In this document: piece after piece, positions 1 to 14,545 of the stretch
How the letters are laid out: the number at the start of each line of letters is the position of its first letter
Position numbering within the stretch: the first letter of the stretch is position 1
Assembly (NCBI GenBank): GCA_951406725.2
Contig: OX597839.1
Coordinates: 13,764,001-13,828,000, forward strand
Direction of reading: 5' to 3'
DNA: 64,000 nt
Source of the DNA: Octopus vulgaris
Lineage: Eukaryota
The notes under the pieces: generated by a model
What the model saw: the letters and a program-made list of their open reading frames with translations, nothing else
Told to the model about the DNA's origin: nothing
Database searches by the model: none
Position numbers and translations under genes: made by a program

Positions 1-31
<31 letters not shown>

Positions 32-472
32 TCTCTTATTATAAAAGGCAGATTTTATCTGCCTCCCTTTGTATCTTATAGAAATCTACAATATAGGATT
101 TCTTCAATTACAATTTACCTAGCATTTTTAAGAGTAGAATGCATCGGGTCGTGCCAGGTCCACTTTTTAAAATTTCAACCCCAATTAAGCAAAATTTAGA
201 GAAAACTCACATTGTGGTGTATGAGTCAAATGCTTCTCTTAGTGTGGGATACAGCACACGCAAACGTGTGGGATACAGCACACACAGTGTGCAACGAATA
301 AAGTGAAAGTAATTCACTTTCTGTAGTGAGTGACTCTTTCACTCTACATTCCCACTTCCTCTTTACACACATAGACACGCAAATATATAAATAAAATTGT
401 AAGCTAACGTGTGTGTGTGCGTGTGTGAGTGTGTGTGTGTGTGTGTGTGCGTGTGTGTGTGTGTGAGGATGC

Positions 473-503
<31 letters not shown>

Positions 504-540
504 TGTGCGTGAGTGTGTGACAGGAAAGTTTTTTACGACG

Positions 541-1533
541 AATATAAGACCTATATCCAAGTAGCAGAAAGATCGCCCAAAAGTGTATATAGATATTTAA
601 ATGTATTTATATATTCATCTATACACAGATGTATGTATAATGTGTGTGTATATATTTCCATAGCGGTAACCTTTCACTCCATACAAAGTTTTTTAGGACG
701 AATATAAGATCTAAAGTATATACAAGTAGCAGAAAGATCGCCCAAAAGTGTATATAGATATTTAAATGTATTTATATATTCATCTATACACAGATGTATG
801 TATAATGTGTGTGTATATATTTCCATAGCGGTAACCTTTCACTCCATACAAAGTTTTTTAGGACGAATATAAGATCTAAAGTATATACAAGTAGCAGAAA
901 GATCGCCCAAAAGTGTATATAGATATTTAAATGTATTTATATATTCATCTATACACAGATGTATGTATAATGTGTGTGTATATATTTCCATAGCGGTAAC
1001 CTTTCACTCCATACAAAGTTTTTTAGGACGAATATAAGATCTAAAGTATATACAAGTAGCAGAAAGATTGCCCAAAAGTGTATATAGATATTTAAATGTA
1101 TTTATATATTCATCTATGCACACATGTATGTATAACGTGTGTATATATATTTCCATAGAGGTAACCATTCACTCCATACAGAGTTTTTTAGGACGAAAAT
1201 AAGATCTAAAGTTATCTCTAAGAAAAAGAAAGATCGCCCAAAAGTGTATATAGATATTTAAATGTATTTATATATTCATCTATACACAGATGTATGTATA
1301 ATGTGTGTGTATATATTTCCATAGAGGTAACCTTTCACTCCATACAAAGTTTTTTTTAGGACGAATATAACATCTAAAGTTATCTCTAAGAAAAAGAAAG
1401 ATCGCCTAAAAGTGTATATAGATATTTAAATGTATTTATATATTCATCTATACACACATGTATGTATAATGTGCGTGTATATATTTCCATAGAGGTAACC
1501 ATTCAATCCATACAAAGTTTTTTAGGACGAAAA
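541..1533 (+). repeat. Tandem repeat, ~165-bp unit, ~6 copies, inside the Helitron
   Basis: gtagcagaaagatcgcccaaaagtg recurs at 561, 726, 891 and 1056 (period 165); variant units near 1225 and 1393. Confidence 0.95.
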
Positions 1534-1783
1534 TATTTATATATAAAAGAAAGGTTGTGTGTCTGTCTACTCCGATCTAGATTCCTAACTACTCCCACAT
1601 TTTGCAATGCAGTTTAACCAAAACCGGGTATCTTATAGTCGTGATTCATATCAAGCCCTTCTGGGTATTAGCGCGCGTCTACGATGAGTCTATGATTTTA
1701 CAAATAATTTACCATCATTTTTTTTCCATTTTAATGCATATTTTTTAAAATAAAGGGAAGTAACTCTCAAACTTCACACCAAT

Positions 1784-2305
1784 ATGCGTGCTCATATGCG
1801 ACGTAACATCACATCAGCAGCATTTCCTCACACCCTCCTTGCACTTGGCGAAGGCAAAATACCAGGGGATGAAAATGGTAATATTGCCTTCGATTCCATT
1901 TGTACCATTGTTAAGACGCCTTCTGATTTCAGATATGCAGTGTTCCCAGATCTACAAGCTAATTATCAGAATATGGATTGGATTGGCAAAAAGGCTATAC
2001 TGGCCCCGAGGAATAAAACTGTTCACTATATTAATGATGAAATGCTAAAACTCATTCCTGGGGAAGTCTATGTATATCAGTCTATCGATACAACTCCTGA
2101 CCCAGAGGACGTCATCAACTATCCAATAGAGGTACTCAATTCCTTTGAGCACCCCGGACTACCACCACACTTTCTCAAACTTAAAGTTGGTGCCCCTATA
2201 ATGCTCATCAGAAATTTGGTTCCCCCAAAACAATGCAATGGCACACGTTTTATCGTTAAGTCCTTATCTCCCACCGTAAACTTATATCAATATTTGCCTG
2301 AATAA
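1784..2305 (+). pseudogene. Helitron RepHel PIF1-like helicase fragment
   Basis: Motifs KAILAPRN, YQSID, YPIEVLNS..PGLPPHFLKLKVGAPIMLIRNL..CNGTR are typical of Helitron/PIF1 helicases; truncated at both ends. Confidence 0.9.
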
Positions 2306-2387
2306 TCATCATAATTCAGTGCAATCATTAACAGTACTTTCAAGCAATTCAGCCCCGAGCAACGCCGGGCAATTCTGCTAGTGTATA

Positions 2388-2457
<70 letters not shown>

Positions 2458-2499
2458 ACGGGCTAAGGTATGGTGACGTAAACACACCAATACCCGTAG

Positions 2500-2806
2500 A
2501 CACTGCGCGGCACCTTCGACAACTTTCTTCTACTCTAGCCTCGGGCCAACCAAAACCTATTCAGTGGATTTGGTAGATGGAGACTGAAAGAAACCCGTCG
2601 TGTGTGTCTGTGTTTATCATCCTGCCCCATCAACGCCTGACAACCTTTGTTTGTGTGTTTACGTCCCTGTAACTTAGCGGCTCAGCAAAGATAGAATAAG
2701 TACTGGGCTTTAAAAAATAAGTTCTGGGGTCGATTTGTTCGACTAAAACCTTTCAAGTTGGTGCTCCAGCATAGCCGCGGTTAAATGAGTGAAAGTAAAA
2801 GAATAA
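2500..2806 (+). mobile_element. tRNA-headed SINE family A, 5'-truncated
   Basis: Matches the body and tail of the family A copies (ggtgctccagcatagccgcgg...gtaaaagaataaaa). Confidence 0.8.
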
Positions 2807-2967
2807 AATTATATGTAAGACGGGCTTCTTTTCAGTTTCCATCTACGGAATCCACTCACAAGGCTTTGGTCGGCCCGAGACTACAGAAGACACTTACCCA
2901 AGGTGCTACGGAATGGCATTGAACCCTGAACAATGTGATTGGGAAGTAAACTTTTACTAAAGAGCCG

Positions 2968-3641
2968 GGATCTTTTCGGTTTGAACGACAGTTTTTTCTA
3001 GCGGTGTCATATGAAATTGTCACCCATAATTATGACCCTAGTATCAATCTATTGCATTTCAATGTTTTAGAGTTAGGGTTGGTCGGGGGGAGGGTATATT
3101 TTTTTTCTTCACAAATGTAAATAAACCCAATCTGTTTCTTAAACGAGGGACATTTTCATACGGCACAGAATGTTTTTTTTACCTCAATAGACGTCAGTGA
3201 TTGGTTGAAATTGCAGAAATTGAACGAAAAAAGCAACAAATATCTTACAAACTATAGAATTTTCTCAATAAAGCCAAGAGATATCGATCTATTGCATTTC
3301 AATCTGTTTTAGGGTTAGGGTTAGTTAGGGTTAGGGGTGGGGGAAGGGTAGCCTTTTTTTCTTCACAAATGTAAATAAACCCAATCTGTTTCTTAAACGA
3401 GGGACATATTCATACGGCAAAAAATGGGTTTTTTTTTACCTCAATAGACGTCAGTGATTGTTTGAGATTGCAGAAATTGAAGAAAAAAAAACAACAAATA
3501 TCTTACAAACCATAGAATTTTCTCAATAAATCCAAGAGAAAAAGATGTTTTATGTAACACATTCTACCAGTATACGAGGTTTAAAATTTTTTAGTTACCT
3601 AGAAATTATGTTAAAAACTGCCGGTCAAACCGAAAAGATCC
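2968..3641. mobile_element. MITE family M1 (GG-starting TIR, 8-bp TSD; Merlin-like), copy with internal ~240-bp duplication, inserted in a SINE A head
   Basis: TIR ggatcttttcggtttgaacg.cagttttt / aaaaactgccggtcaaaccgaaaagatcc; TSD aagagccg/aacagccg; internal TTAGGG repeats. Confidence 0.85.
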
Positions 3642-3853
3642 AACAGCCGCGCCTGCGCCTATGTGACAAAAAACATAGCAACATTCTTTCAATCAACCTA
3701 ATTAAGTATATATAATGTAATTAAACAAATGTTGTCATTTGTGACAGTCACTGACTGATTATTGTTTTAGTTGGTGATTAATTTTGCCATAGGTCAGCCT
3801 TGCCTTTTGACAATGTGTGTGTGTGTGTATTAGTGCGCGTGTATGTATGTATG

Positions 3854-3928
<75 letters not shown>

Positions 3929-4081
3929 ATATGTATAAAAAAAATACAAGAACGCAAAACATTTAGAAGACGATAGAAAAACACGAACGGGACATTCGAA
4001 GCCTTCAATCTTCAGTCAAGAACCGGATCATCCTCGCAATTTCGACTGATTAATCTTGAGTGCATGTGTGTATGTGTGTAT

Positions 4082-4135
<54 letters not shown>

Positions 4136-4994
4136 ATTTCTTTGCGTTCGTCTCTCATCAGTTTGTCATCAGAGTCGATAACATAGCACCAATCCAATTA
4201 GTGGCACTGTAACAACATCGAGACGAAGGCCTTGCGGTATTTGTTTCGGTTGTCTGCATTCCGAGTTCAAATCCCACCATGGTTTACTCGGGTAGATGAG
4301 AAGAGAGAGATCCTTCCCGAGTCGTATAGACTCATAGATCCGGTTTCCGCGACGTGAGGGCCCGGGTTCCATCTCAATGCCATCTTCTACAACCTCGTAT
4401 CAAGCTATGTGAGTGAATTTGGAAAGGCAAAATCTGTAGAGAACTCCGTCGGGTGGATTGTACCCGTAATTGGCAAGATACAGCGTACCACACTCAGCGT
4501 CATGTTGATTATGCCTTAGAATTTACATCAACATACACACATGCACATCTATATATATATACATCTATATATATATACATACACGCGCACACACGCACAC
4601 ACACACACACATACACATTGTCAAAAGGCAAGGCTTCGACGTGTTGGTGCAGTTGTGTATTCAAGGGTGTTTGGCGCTGCCGATATACGAGCAGGAGGAC
4701 AAACGTTTGGGTCTTCAGGTCCCTCACAAGGCTTTGGTTGGCCCGAGATTACAGAAGACATTTGCCCAAGGGGCTACGTAATGGAAATGAACCCTGAACA
4801 ATGTGGTTGCGAAGTAAATTTTTACTACAAGCCGGACTTGTGCCTGAGAGGGTAACTTTCTAAGTGCAATCCCATGGTCAGCGTCGTGACCGAAGGGGTT
4901 ATTATTGTAGAATAAGAAATAGGAAGCCCTTGGTACAGTATTAGATATTTGAAAAAATGAATAGAAATGGCTGGTCTGATCATATATATATATA

Positions 4995-5122
4995 TATATA
5001 TCACCGTGATCACCGTGACCGACCAGGCTATCAGATGTTGCTACACATCGCTGGTCACAATGCATTTCGCATTGTTTTAGCCTTTGAATGACGCCACCCC
5101 GCTGGCTAAGCGAGCAGGCCAA
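4995..5122 (-). mobile_element. 3' fragment of SINE family B
   Basis: Reverse complement of the tail of the 16881-17158 copy. Confidence 0.75.
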
Positions 5123-5988
5123 TATATATCTATATATATATATATATATGTATATATTTATATATACATATATATATATATATGTGTGAATGTATATGTA
5201 ATATAGCGTGCAAGCATATGTGTATGTATGCACACTTACACGCATACACGCGCGCGCGCGCACACGTCATTCATCATTTTACCTTTTACTCGTTTCAGTT
5301 ATAAAACTGCGGCCATGCTGGGGCATCGCCTTGTAGAATTTTTAGTCGAATGTATCGAACCTAGAACTCATTTTTTTAAAAAAGACGGGTACCTATTCTA
5401 TCGATTTCTTTTGCCGAATCGCTATGTTACGGGAACGTAAACACGTCAACACCGGTTGTCAATCGGTGATGGGAAACGCACGCACACACATCCACGTGTG
5501 TGTACTCATGCATGTATCAAACTGTGTCCAAATATATACACATGTACGTATGTATGTATGTATGTATGTATGTATGTATGTATGTATGTATGTATGTATG
5601 TATGTATGTATGTATATACGTACACGTGTATGCGTATACATATGTAAATATATATATATACAGTGTGTGCATATATATGCATGTATATATACTGTGTGTG
5701 TGTATATATATGTATGTATATATGTATGTAATATATATGTCTCTATGTATATATGCGTGCATGCATATATGTATGTCTGCACACCTACACGCATACACAC
5801 ACGCGCGCGCGCGCGCACACACGCACATACATTTATATACGCACGTGTGTGTATATATATTATATAGTCCTGCGGCCCACGGCAGTTTTTATACTTGACT
5901 TCATTTCGTAGACAAACTTAGGAAAATTTATGGGAAAATTACAATGCTGTAATTCGTAACAACTGGCAATTAGCAGCAATATATTTTA

Positions 5989-6085
<97 letters not shown>

Positions 6086-6095
6086 GGTGGTGGTG

Positions 6096-6131
<36 letters not shown>

Positions 6132-6256
6132 ATAGTAGTAGTAGTAATAGTAGTGGTGGTTGTGGTGGTGGTAGTAGTAGTAGTAGTGGTGGTGGTGGTG
6201 GTAGTAGTAGTAGTAGTGGTGGTGGTGGTGGTGGTGATGTAGCTTGTAGCAGCTGT

Positions 6257-6299
<43 letters not shown>

Positions 6300-6438
6300 A
6301 ACTACTACTACTACTACCACTACAACTGCTGCTGCAACTACTACTACTACTACAAAAACTACTACTACAGCTGCTACTACTACAACTGCAACTAATACTA
6401 CTGCTGCTGCTACTACCACTACAACAACAACAACAACA

Positions 6439-6483
<45 letters not shown>

Positions 6484-6500
6484 GCTACTACTACTGCTGC
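5989..6500. repeat. (TAG/TGG)n followed by complementary (CTA)n microsatellite
   Basis: Seen directly; ORFs 5970-6531 are low-complexity artefacts. Confidence 0.95.
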
Positions 6501-6837
6501 TGTGTTTGTATGTCATTGTCAAAACAGGCATTGCCAGCTTGTTGCATCAACAGATGCTGTGCTGATGCAATCGTGTCATGAACCTGGGAAATACCTTAAC
6601 ACAGCAACGCGAAAACGCACATAAAACACACAGACACACGCACATATAGACCCACACGCGCACACACACACAGACATATATACGCACGCATATACACGTA
6701 CGCATACACTCACACGCATACAGCGCCGCACACCGCACACACATACACGCGCGCATAAACACACACACACACAGCCACCCACACTGATATAAATATGCAT
6801 GCACACACATATATGCGTGTGTGTATCTTTCTTTCTT

Positions 6838-6885
<48 letters not shown>

Positions 6886-6891
6886 ACTGCC

Positions 6892-6936
<45 letters not shown>

Positions 6937-6945
6937 GTCTGTCTA

Positions 6946-6978
<33 letters not shown>

Positions 6979-7179
6979 GTTTCTGTCTGTCTGTCTATCT
7001 ATACGATCCCTATTGATCGTTTTATTTTCTTTCTTTTTTTTACGATCCCCTTTGATCGAAAACCTACCCCACCTTTTTATTCTCTCCCAAAAGAAAAGCT
7101 CTACCTTGTAATTTGTCCCCTCTGTGTAGAGCCGTGTGGCTAATAAAGAAACATACCTATCTATCTATCTATCTATCTA

Positions 7180-7212
<33 letters not shown>

Positions 7213-7246
7213 GCATATGTTTATATGTATATTACACACACACACG

Positions 7247-7304
<58 letters not shown>

Positions 7305-7854
7305 TATATATATATACCTTCACATACGCGCATATATGCACACTACACAATATAGTACAGATTGTTATGTGTAGCTGTGTCCTACTAACATCCTTTCTCT
7401 CTCTCTCTTCTTTCTCTCTTTCTGTTCTTTCACTCTTTCTTCTTTCTCTCTCTCTCGCACACACAAACAGAAACACACACACACAGACACAAACACAAGC
7501 ACACACACACATCCATCGGGAAACAGCCGATGATTATTAACTCTGTCGCTACTCAGAGTTGCACGTCACATGCGGTCTTTCGAGCGACGTCGAGATAAAC
7601 ACCCACTGCTGGTTAACAAAACACTAGTCAGACCCATTTCATTGTACCATACGGGTGGTAAGAGCAATGAACTAGGTAATAACACTTAAGTATAAGAGAG
7701 CAGCTAGATGGTGGCCGTCAGAGTAAATACTCAGTATTATGTGTCTGTCTGCGTTTTGTCTCATCTCCAGTTTATGTTGATAACTAAATCAACAGACCGT
7801 AAAGTTTTAAATCAGTGATTCTTCAGTACTTGCCTTTTGTTCTGTGAAGTAGAG

Positions 7855-8284
7855 TACAATTCTTCCCAGAATTGAGGTGGTTTCATGGCAAAGAATTCAT
7901 CAAGGTATCTTTTTACGTCATCCAAGGAATTGAAATTTTTACCATTAAGACTATTCTGCAGAGACCTGAATAAGTGGAAACCCGAAGGAGCAATATCTGG
8001 TGAATATGGAGGTTGGGGTAACACATCCCAGCCGAGCTACAGCAATTTTTGTCTGGTTCCCAAAGCATCAATACCGAAAATGAACTTTCTTATCTTCCAT
8101 TTTAAAGGGTTACAGAATTAACACAGGTTATAGGAACATAAATCTTCTTCCACGAAAAGATAGCTTAAACTGTGCTCTAAATGGAGGTGTAGTCAAATCC
8201 TATTTTATGGACTCAGCCATGTTCTAAAATTAGTCGAAAGGTAAGCTACTGTAAATCGGCACGAACTTTCCGGACAACCCAATA
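7855..8284 (-). mobile_element. Internally deleted mariner element
   Basis: PPYSPDIAPSGFHLFRSLQNSL..FFAMKPPQFWE mariner motif; TIR tattgggttgtccggaaagttcgtgccgattt at the right end; related copy at 62581-63393. Confidence 0.9.
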
Positions 8285-9032
8285 AATAAAATTGAAGTTA
8301 ACAAAAATAAATGCTATTTTCCATCTTACTGTTAGTTTTGTTTCACCTTGAGAAATAAAAATTTATTTTATGGTTTATTATTGTTTATATTTTGAATTAC
8401 ATAGATATGGAGGGTAACATCATCTTTTAAGTTCTTAGGGCGCTTATGGATCTTAATCCAGCCCTGCTGGTGATTATATATGGTTGGTATGTGGTATTTA
8501 TTTTATTGGGTCTTGATTGAAGAGGGTGTACATATACTAAACTGTCTGAATTGTACTACTGAATTGAAATCGTCCTTTGTAGGATATAAGTTGGGCCAAG
8601 CAGAGTGATTCTGTGGACAGTGTGGTGTGCTCCAGAACTTTGTATCGAATCTATGGCTTTTCATGTTTTTTTATCGTATCTTAATGCTCCAATTACACTG
8701 TGTAACAAAATTTTAATTTCTTTTTTAGTAAGTGTTATTTCCCGTTTGCTCCTATCTAGAAATCAAAGGAAATCACGACTATTCCCTTCAAACTTTGCTT
8801 TTCTGGCCTAGAGATCCATATTTTGAAACTGACCTATTTTCCATTACATTTCAGGCAGATTCAGCGCTGAGTTGCTGAAGCAGAAATATCGTTGTAGTAA
8901 ATGTTCTACCACAGATTTGCTTGCTGTCTTTGTTCAGTAACTGTTGTTTCCTATTTGCTTCTATATAGAAATCAAAGGAAATGACTACTATTCCCTTCAA
9001 ACTTTGCTTTTGTGATCTGGACATCAATATTT

Positions 9033-9432
9033 GGATCTTTTCGGTTTGAACGGCAGTTTTTTCTAGCAGTGTCATATGAAATTGTCACCCATAATTATGA
9101 CCCTAGTATCGATCTATTGCATTTCAATCTCTTTTAGGGTTAGGGGTATCTCTTTTTCTTCACAAATGTAAATAAACCCAATCTGTTTCTTAAACGAGGG
9201 ACATATTCATACGGCACAGAATGTTTTCACCTCAATAGACGTAGTTGATTGGTTGAAATTGCAGAAATTGAAGAAAAAACAACAACAGATATCTTACAAA
9301 CCATAGAATTTTCTCAATAAAGCCAATAGAAAAAGATGTTTTATAAACACATTCTACCAGTATACGAAGTTTAAAAGTGTTTAGTTATGTGGAAATTATT
9401 TTTAAAAACTGCCGGTCAAACCGAAAAGATCC
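9033..9432. mobile_element. MITE family M1
   Basis: Same TIRs and body as 2968-3641. Confidence 0.9.
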
Positions 9433-9881
9433 TAGAAATTAAAGGAAATGACTTCCATTCCCTTCAAACTTTGCTTTTGTGATCTGGACATCAATATTTT
9501 GAAACTGACATATTTTCCATTACATTTCAGACAGATTCTGCTCAATACCCCCGATTTCCTTGTCATTTGCTTGACCTTAACCATCTGACCACATCTCTTA
9601 ATGGCTGACGATACGAGCATTTCTGTTGATGAGCAGGAGTAGTGGGGGAACATCATAGCCACGTGTTGAGAGGGATTCTTTGAGGTTTGAATAAATGTAA
9701 CAAAAGTGAAATTTGAAGGAAATATCAGCCATTTTTTATACTCTCTAAGGGTTAGAAAATAAGAAATAACAGTTGCTACCCAGGGACAAAAATCGTGTTA
9801 ATATTGGTACCGTCTTCGTATTCAAACTCCAAACCCTAAAAGTTTCAATTTCTACATCCTCCTCTGATATAATTTCTAGAT

Positions 9882-10165
9882 CCGCCACCACCACTACCGC
9901 TGCCACCACCACCACCACCACCACCACCACCACCACCACCGTTGCCACCACCACTACCATTGCCGCCGTCGCCATCACCACCGACGCCACCACCGTCCCT
10001 TCACTATCACCATCGTCGCCACCAACACCAACACCACCATCACCGCTGCCACCACCACCACCATTGCCGCCGTCGCCACCACCGCCGCTGCCATCGCCAC
10101 CGATGTCATCACCGTCCCCTTCACCACCACCACCACCACCACCACCACCAATAACTACAACAACG
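9882..10165. repeat. (CCA/CCG)n degenerate trinucleotide repeat
   Basis: Seen directly. Confidence 0.9.
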
Positions 10166-11311
10166 AAATTATATTGTGGAGAAGCGACACACAAAATGCT
10201 GAGACAGTCGTCTTCCTCATGGCGTATTATTCCAAAGAATGTCTCGTGTAGAAGAATATCTGTTAAAGAAATTGCAATGTGCACCAGCTTGCTCCTGCAG
10301 CAATGATGTAATCTGCAGAGGCGTGCAGGTGACATGCTATAATTAACCTGATTAAACAGGTGAGAGAAAAGGTAGAGGGAGAAATTATGACGCAAGAATC
10401 GGAACAAAATCGTAATATTTGAACGAAAATAAATGTAAGAGTTTGACTGCTGGTGATAGAGCGAAAGCAAGGACTGGATTATAGAAGGCGAGACAGACGG
10501 GGAAAATGAGAGAGATATAGAAGATAGAGAGACAAAGGGGAAGAGAGAGAGATCTAGAATTAGAGAGAAAGTTGGATAAAGAAAGAGAGAAAGAAAGAGA
10601 TTGAGGGAGGAGGAGGAGACAGGTAGAATAAGAGAGAAGTATGAACGATGATAAGTGTGGCGGGAGCATAGAGAAATAATTGATAAATTGCTAAGCTGAC
10701 AAAAATGATGAAAAGCTGACTCGCGATTGCATCATTGCGAAAGAAGGTCATGTGTTTTAGAAGGTATATTAACATTATAATTCAGGCTTCTGGCTCTGTC
10801 GTGTGGCTTTCGACAAAAAAAAAAAACGAGGAACCAAAAATCAAAAATAGAAGCAGAAAATTCTTTCAACTGTTGAAGATCAATATATACACATTGATGG
10901 ACGTACACACACGAGCATAATCTTTCTTTCTGTCTATCTGTTTCTCTGTCTGTCTCTCTCTCTCTCACACATACACATATATATATATATATATGGAGAG
11001 AGAGAGAAAAATAGTTATACATATATATACATAAATGCATATATATATATATATAAACATACATACACAAACACGTATATATATATATATATTAAAACGT
11101 ACACATGCATATTTATGTATACATATATAAATATATTATACATATAAGATACAAAGTGGGACAAGAACGCAAAACAAACGGACAACTAAGTGATACAAAA
11201 AGGGACAACAAAACATCGAGATCGATGATACAAAAAAACAAGGACGGGTCCTTCGAAGCTTCACATCCTCAGTCAAGAACCAGATCATCCTCGCAATTTC
11301 GGCTGATCAAT

Positions 11312-11413
<102 letters not shown>

Positions 11414-11639
11414 ATATATATATGTGTGTGTGTGCATATATATACATACACACACACAAACGCACACGCACACACACACACACATACACATATTCGTTGG
11501 TATATACAGACATATACAGTTATACGTTCATGCGTAAACTCCTTCAGACTCACGAGCAAACGTACATGCCTACGTACAAAGGAATTTTATTCACAAAATA
11601 TCGAAGAGTAGCCACGGTTCAACTGTATAAATAGATGCG

Positions 11640-12490
11640 GCAAAAATCATACGAGTCGGAAAAGGGCTCATTGAAAATGTATCCCTTCAGGATAACCAAG
11701 GACCCACACACTTGACGACCCGGGGAAGCTTTACCACTCTGTTGGAACGGGATGAAAGGGAGAAGGCTTTTATCAGTATATCATACAGAGTGACAAAGAT
11801 AGCCAAAGTAATTCTATCTTCAACCGGCATATTAACACTCTCTTTGAAATCTATACTTCTGAAATCCAGGAGACTTGAATTAATGAAATACTTGAAGCAT
11901 AAAAAAATTGCGACTGTAGGTAAAATATCAAATTGCTATGATCAGTTCAGACTCTGTGGAACCAACACCAGATATATCACCTACTGTATAAGCAACTGCC
12001 GAAAATGTCAACTTGATGTTATCTACCTATGGAAATGGATGTAAAGATAAAGAATCGTACAAAGCAGAATAGAGAAATGATGTCCCCATGGCTGAAAATA
12101 CAAGGAATGATAGTGATATGGAGGGTGTACTTATCTATGATTACAAAGAGACGGCTTCAGAATGTCGCAGTGTAAACCTCTGTAAAATATAAAGCTAGTA
12201 GACCAGACATTGTGATCTGGGACAGACGAAGAAATTATGCACAGCAATGGAAACCTGTTGTCCAGTTAACGATAAAAGGAAAAGGAAAGATTTATGCTGA
12301 ATTTATGAGAAATCTACAGATACTTCATCCAGGACTTTAGCTTTATAACAGTAATTATTGTGGATCTTGGTTATGCAACTAATTCTTTCATCACCAGTCT
12401 TGAAATGGTGGTCTTCACACAACTGGGAAGAACACAGCTAATTATGAAACAGTTACAACCCATTAACGGAACTACGGAAATATGTAACAC
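11640..12490 (+). pseudogene. Degenerate C-terminus of an RLE-type (R4/Dong-like) non-LTR retrotransposon
   Basis: CCHC-like remnant (FRLCG..ITYCISNC) and ASRPDIVIWDR..AMETCCP restriction-like endonuclease motif near 12195-12265; many frameshifts. Confidence 0.65.
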
Positions 12491-13514
12491 ATGGAAACAT
12501 TTTACTCGTAAAAAACGAAGCAGAACAAAAGAAAGGCATGTACTCATTTATAGATATACACACAGATCGTATCTACACACAGATTCATATCTACAACGGC
12601 TAGTTTTTTTGTATACAAAAATATGTGTACGAATACATAGATACATAGTTAGCTGGTTGATTTTGATTAATTTCCAAGGTTACATACCAACCCTCTCTAT
12701 TGATGAGAAATTTTAAAACGAAAACCAGAGGACACACACACACACAAAAAATACTTACAAGCTTTCTGTTCCATACCTATTATCATTGGAGTAACAGGAT
12801 AGGTACCGATCCCCCTCGAGCTAAGTACGGCTGGATTTGAGTTGCTGGGGAGAGAAAATGCAACTCCTGAATTCATACGCTGCAAACTACCACGATATCT
12901 ACGACAATAAAAACGTGTGAGACCTTAAGATTTAAAGGATGAAAAAAAAAAAACAAGATGGTTTCCTTCACAACCATATTACCAAGCAAGCGGCCGCTCA
13001 AATTTAACTCTGGATTAAACTGAGAAAATGAACAAGCAGAGATAACTTAAATGAGTAGCAGTACAAAACGAATTTTAAGATATCAAAACGAAAAAGGAAA
13101 CGAATATGCAATTACATATACATGTATACGAATGTATATAAATTGTACACATACAAGCATTGTCTGCTCTCTCTCTCTCTACATATATATATACATATGA
13201 AGTATGCGGCCATTATTTCGCGCTTTATACCGCTAAACTAAGTTTGCAATATGTGATATACAGAGAGATACATAAGTGTGTCCCGGATTAAAGGTAATAT
13301 AAACCTATCTATATTGCATCATTTACTAAACAGTTTTCATTTTCCGTTCGACTTTCATGTTTACTAAACGTTTTTCATTTTTCATTTTCCGTTCGCTGTC
13401 AGCAGTTTAACTTAAATTACTTTGAATTAAGTATTGAGTTCGCTCGTGTTAAATACTTCGTTTGCTTTTGTAGCAATTAAGAGGCGCATGCGAGGCACGT
13501 GTATGTATTGCCTA

Positions 13515-13599
<85 letters not shown>

Positions 13600-13722
13600 G
13601 TCTGTCTGTCTGTCTGTCGGTCTGTCTATATATCTCTCTCCCTATATATATATATACAGAGAGAGGAGATGAATAGACAAATAGAAAGAGAGATGAATAG
13701 ATGGAGAGATATAAATACATAC

Positions 13723-13779
<57 letters not shown>

Positions 13780-14545
13780 CACACACACACACACAGGGTG
13801 CAGCAGAAATACCTCCCAAATTTGAAAGGCTGGCAAAAGTAAAAAGAAAGAACATTTATGAAAAATTAATTTTACTGTTGTTTAAACAAAGGGTTACAGC
13901 TTTTTGTTCATTAGCTAAATGAAAACATCATTCGCACTTGCATATGATACACGCGCGTGTATGTATATATATGTGTGTGTATGTGTATGTATATATTTAT
14001 GTGTATATATGTATATAGATACAAACACATATGTTCACACTCACTCACTCTCTCGCAGATGCACATGTACATATACAGTTTGTATTGCGTTTGATTTATG
14101 CACTTGGTAATACCTCAAATGAATGTTAAATTTATTACGACTTCACAGTTCCAGATTATGGCGTTCTATACTTCAGAGTTCTATGATTCTGTAGATGGAC
14201 ATTCTTCTGACGGCGCTGGCTTTTAGAATGGGTGCCTCCTTTTGTCGGACTGGTTACTTACATTTTTTTGTCTCGCGTACGAAACGGAGCTCTCTGGACT
14301 TGTATTTTCTTTATCTGTGTGTTTATACTTGCTTTGTTTTGGTAGACAGTTCTGTTGAAATTTGAAATAAATAACTTGTTTTCGTGGCGACACTTAGAGG
14401 TTAACGCCGACTTTGTGTTTAAAGTGCCCCCCCTCCTTTTTTGCCTTTGATGAGGACGAAATATTTTTTCATTTTCACAGAAACTAGAAAAATAGGGAAG
14501 TGGGTCTACTTCATTTTGAAGTGTAATATTACCGCACAGAGGAAG

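Larger units (their letters stand above)
32..2381 (+). mobile_element. Internally deleted Helitron
   Basis: 5' end a|TCTCTTATTATAAAAG; 3' end has GC hairpin gccccgagcaacgccgggc followed by CTAG|t at 2378-2381; contains a PIF1-type helicase fragment; (TA)n on both sides. Confidence 0.85.

Noticed and set aside
541-1533. Regular repeats as a CRISPR-like array (also 32212-33280)
   Set aside because: Whole units repeat with no unique spacers, there are no cas genes, and the context is eukaryotic
3309-3343. Telomere or chromosome-fusion remnant
   Set aside because: The TTAGGG units are internal to a multi-copy MITE
9745-10470. Gly/Val-rich 241-aa and Pro/Thr-rich 177-aa ORFs
   Set aside because: Open only because of the (CCA)n repeat; no recognisable domain
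14445-14470. TTGATGAGGACGAAA hammerhead-like word
   Set aside because: No stem I or III can be formed
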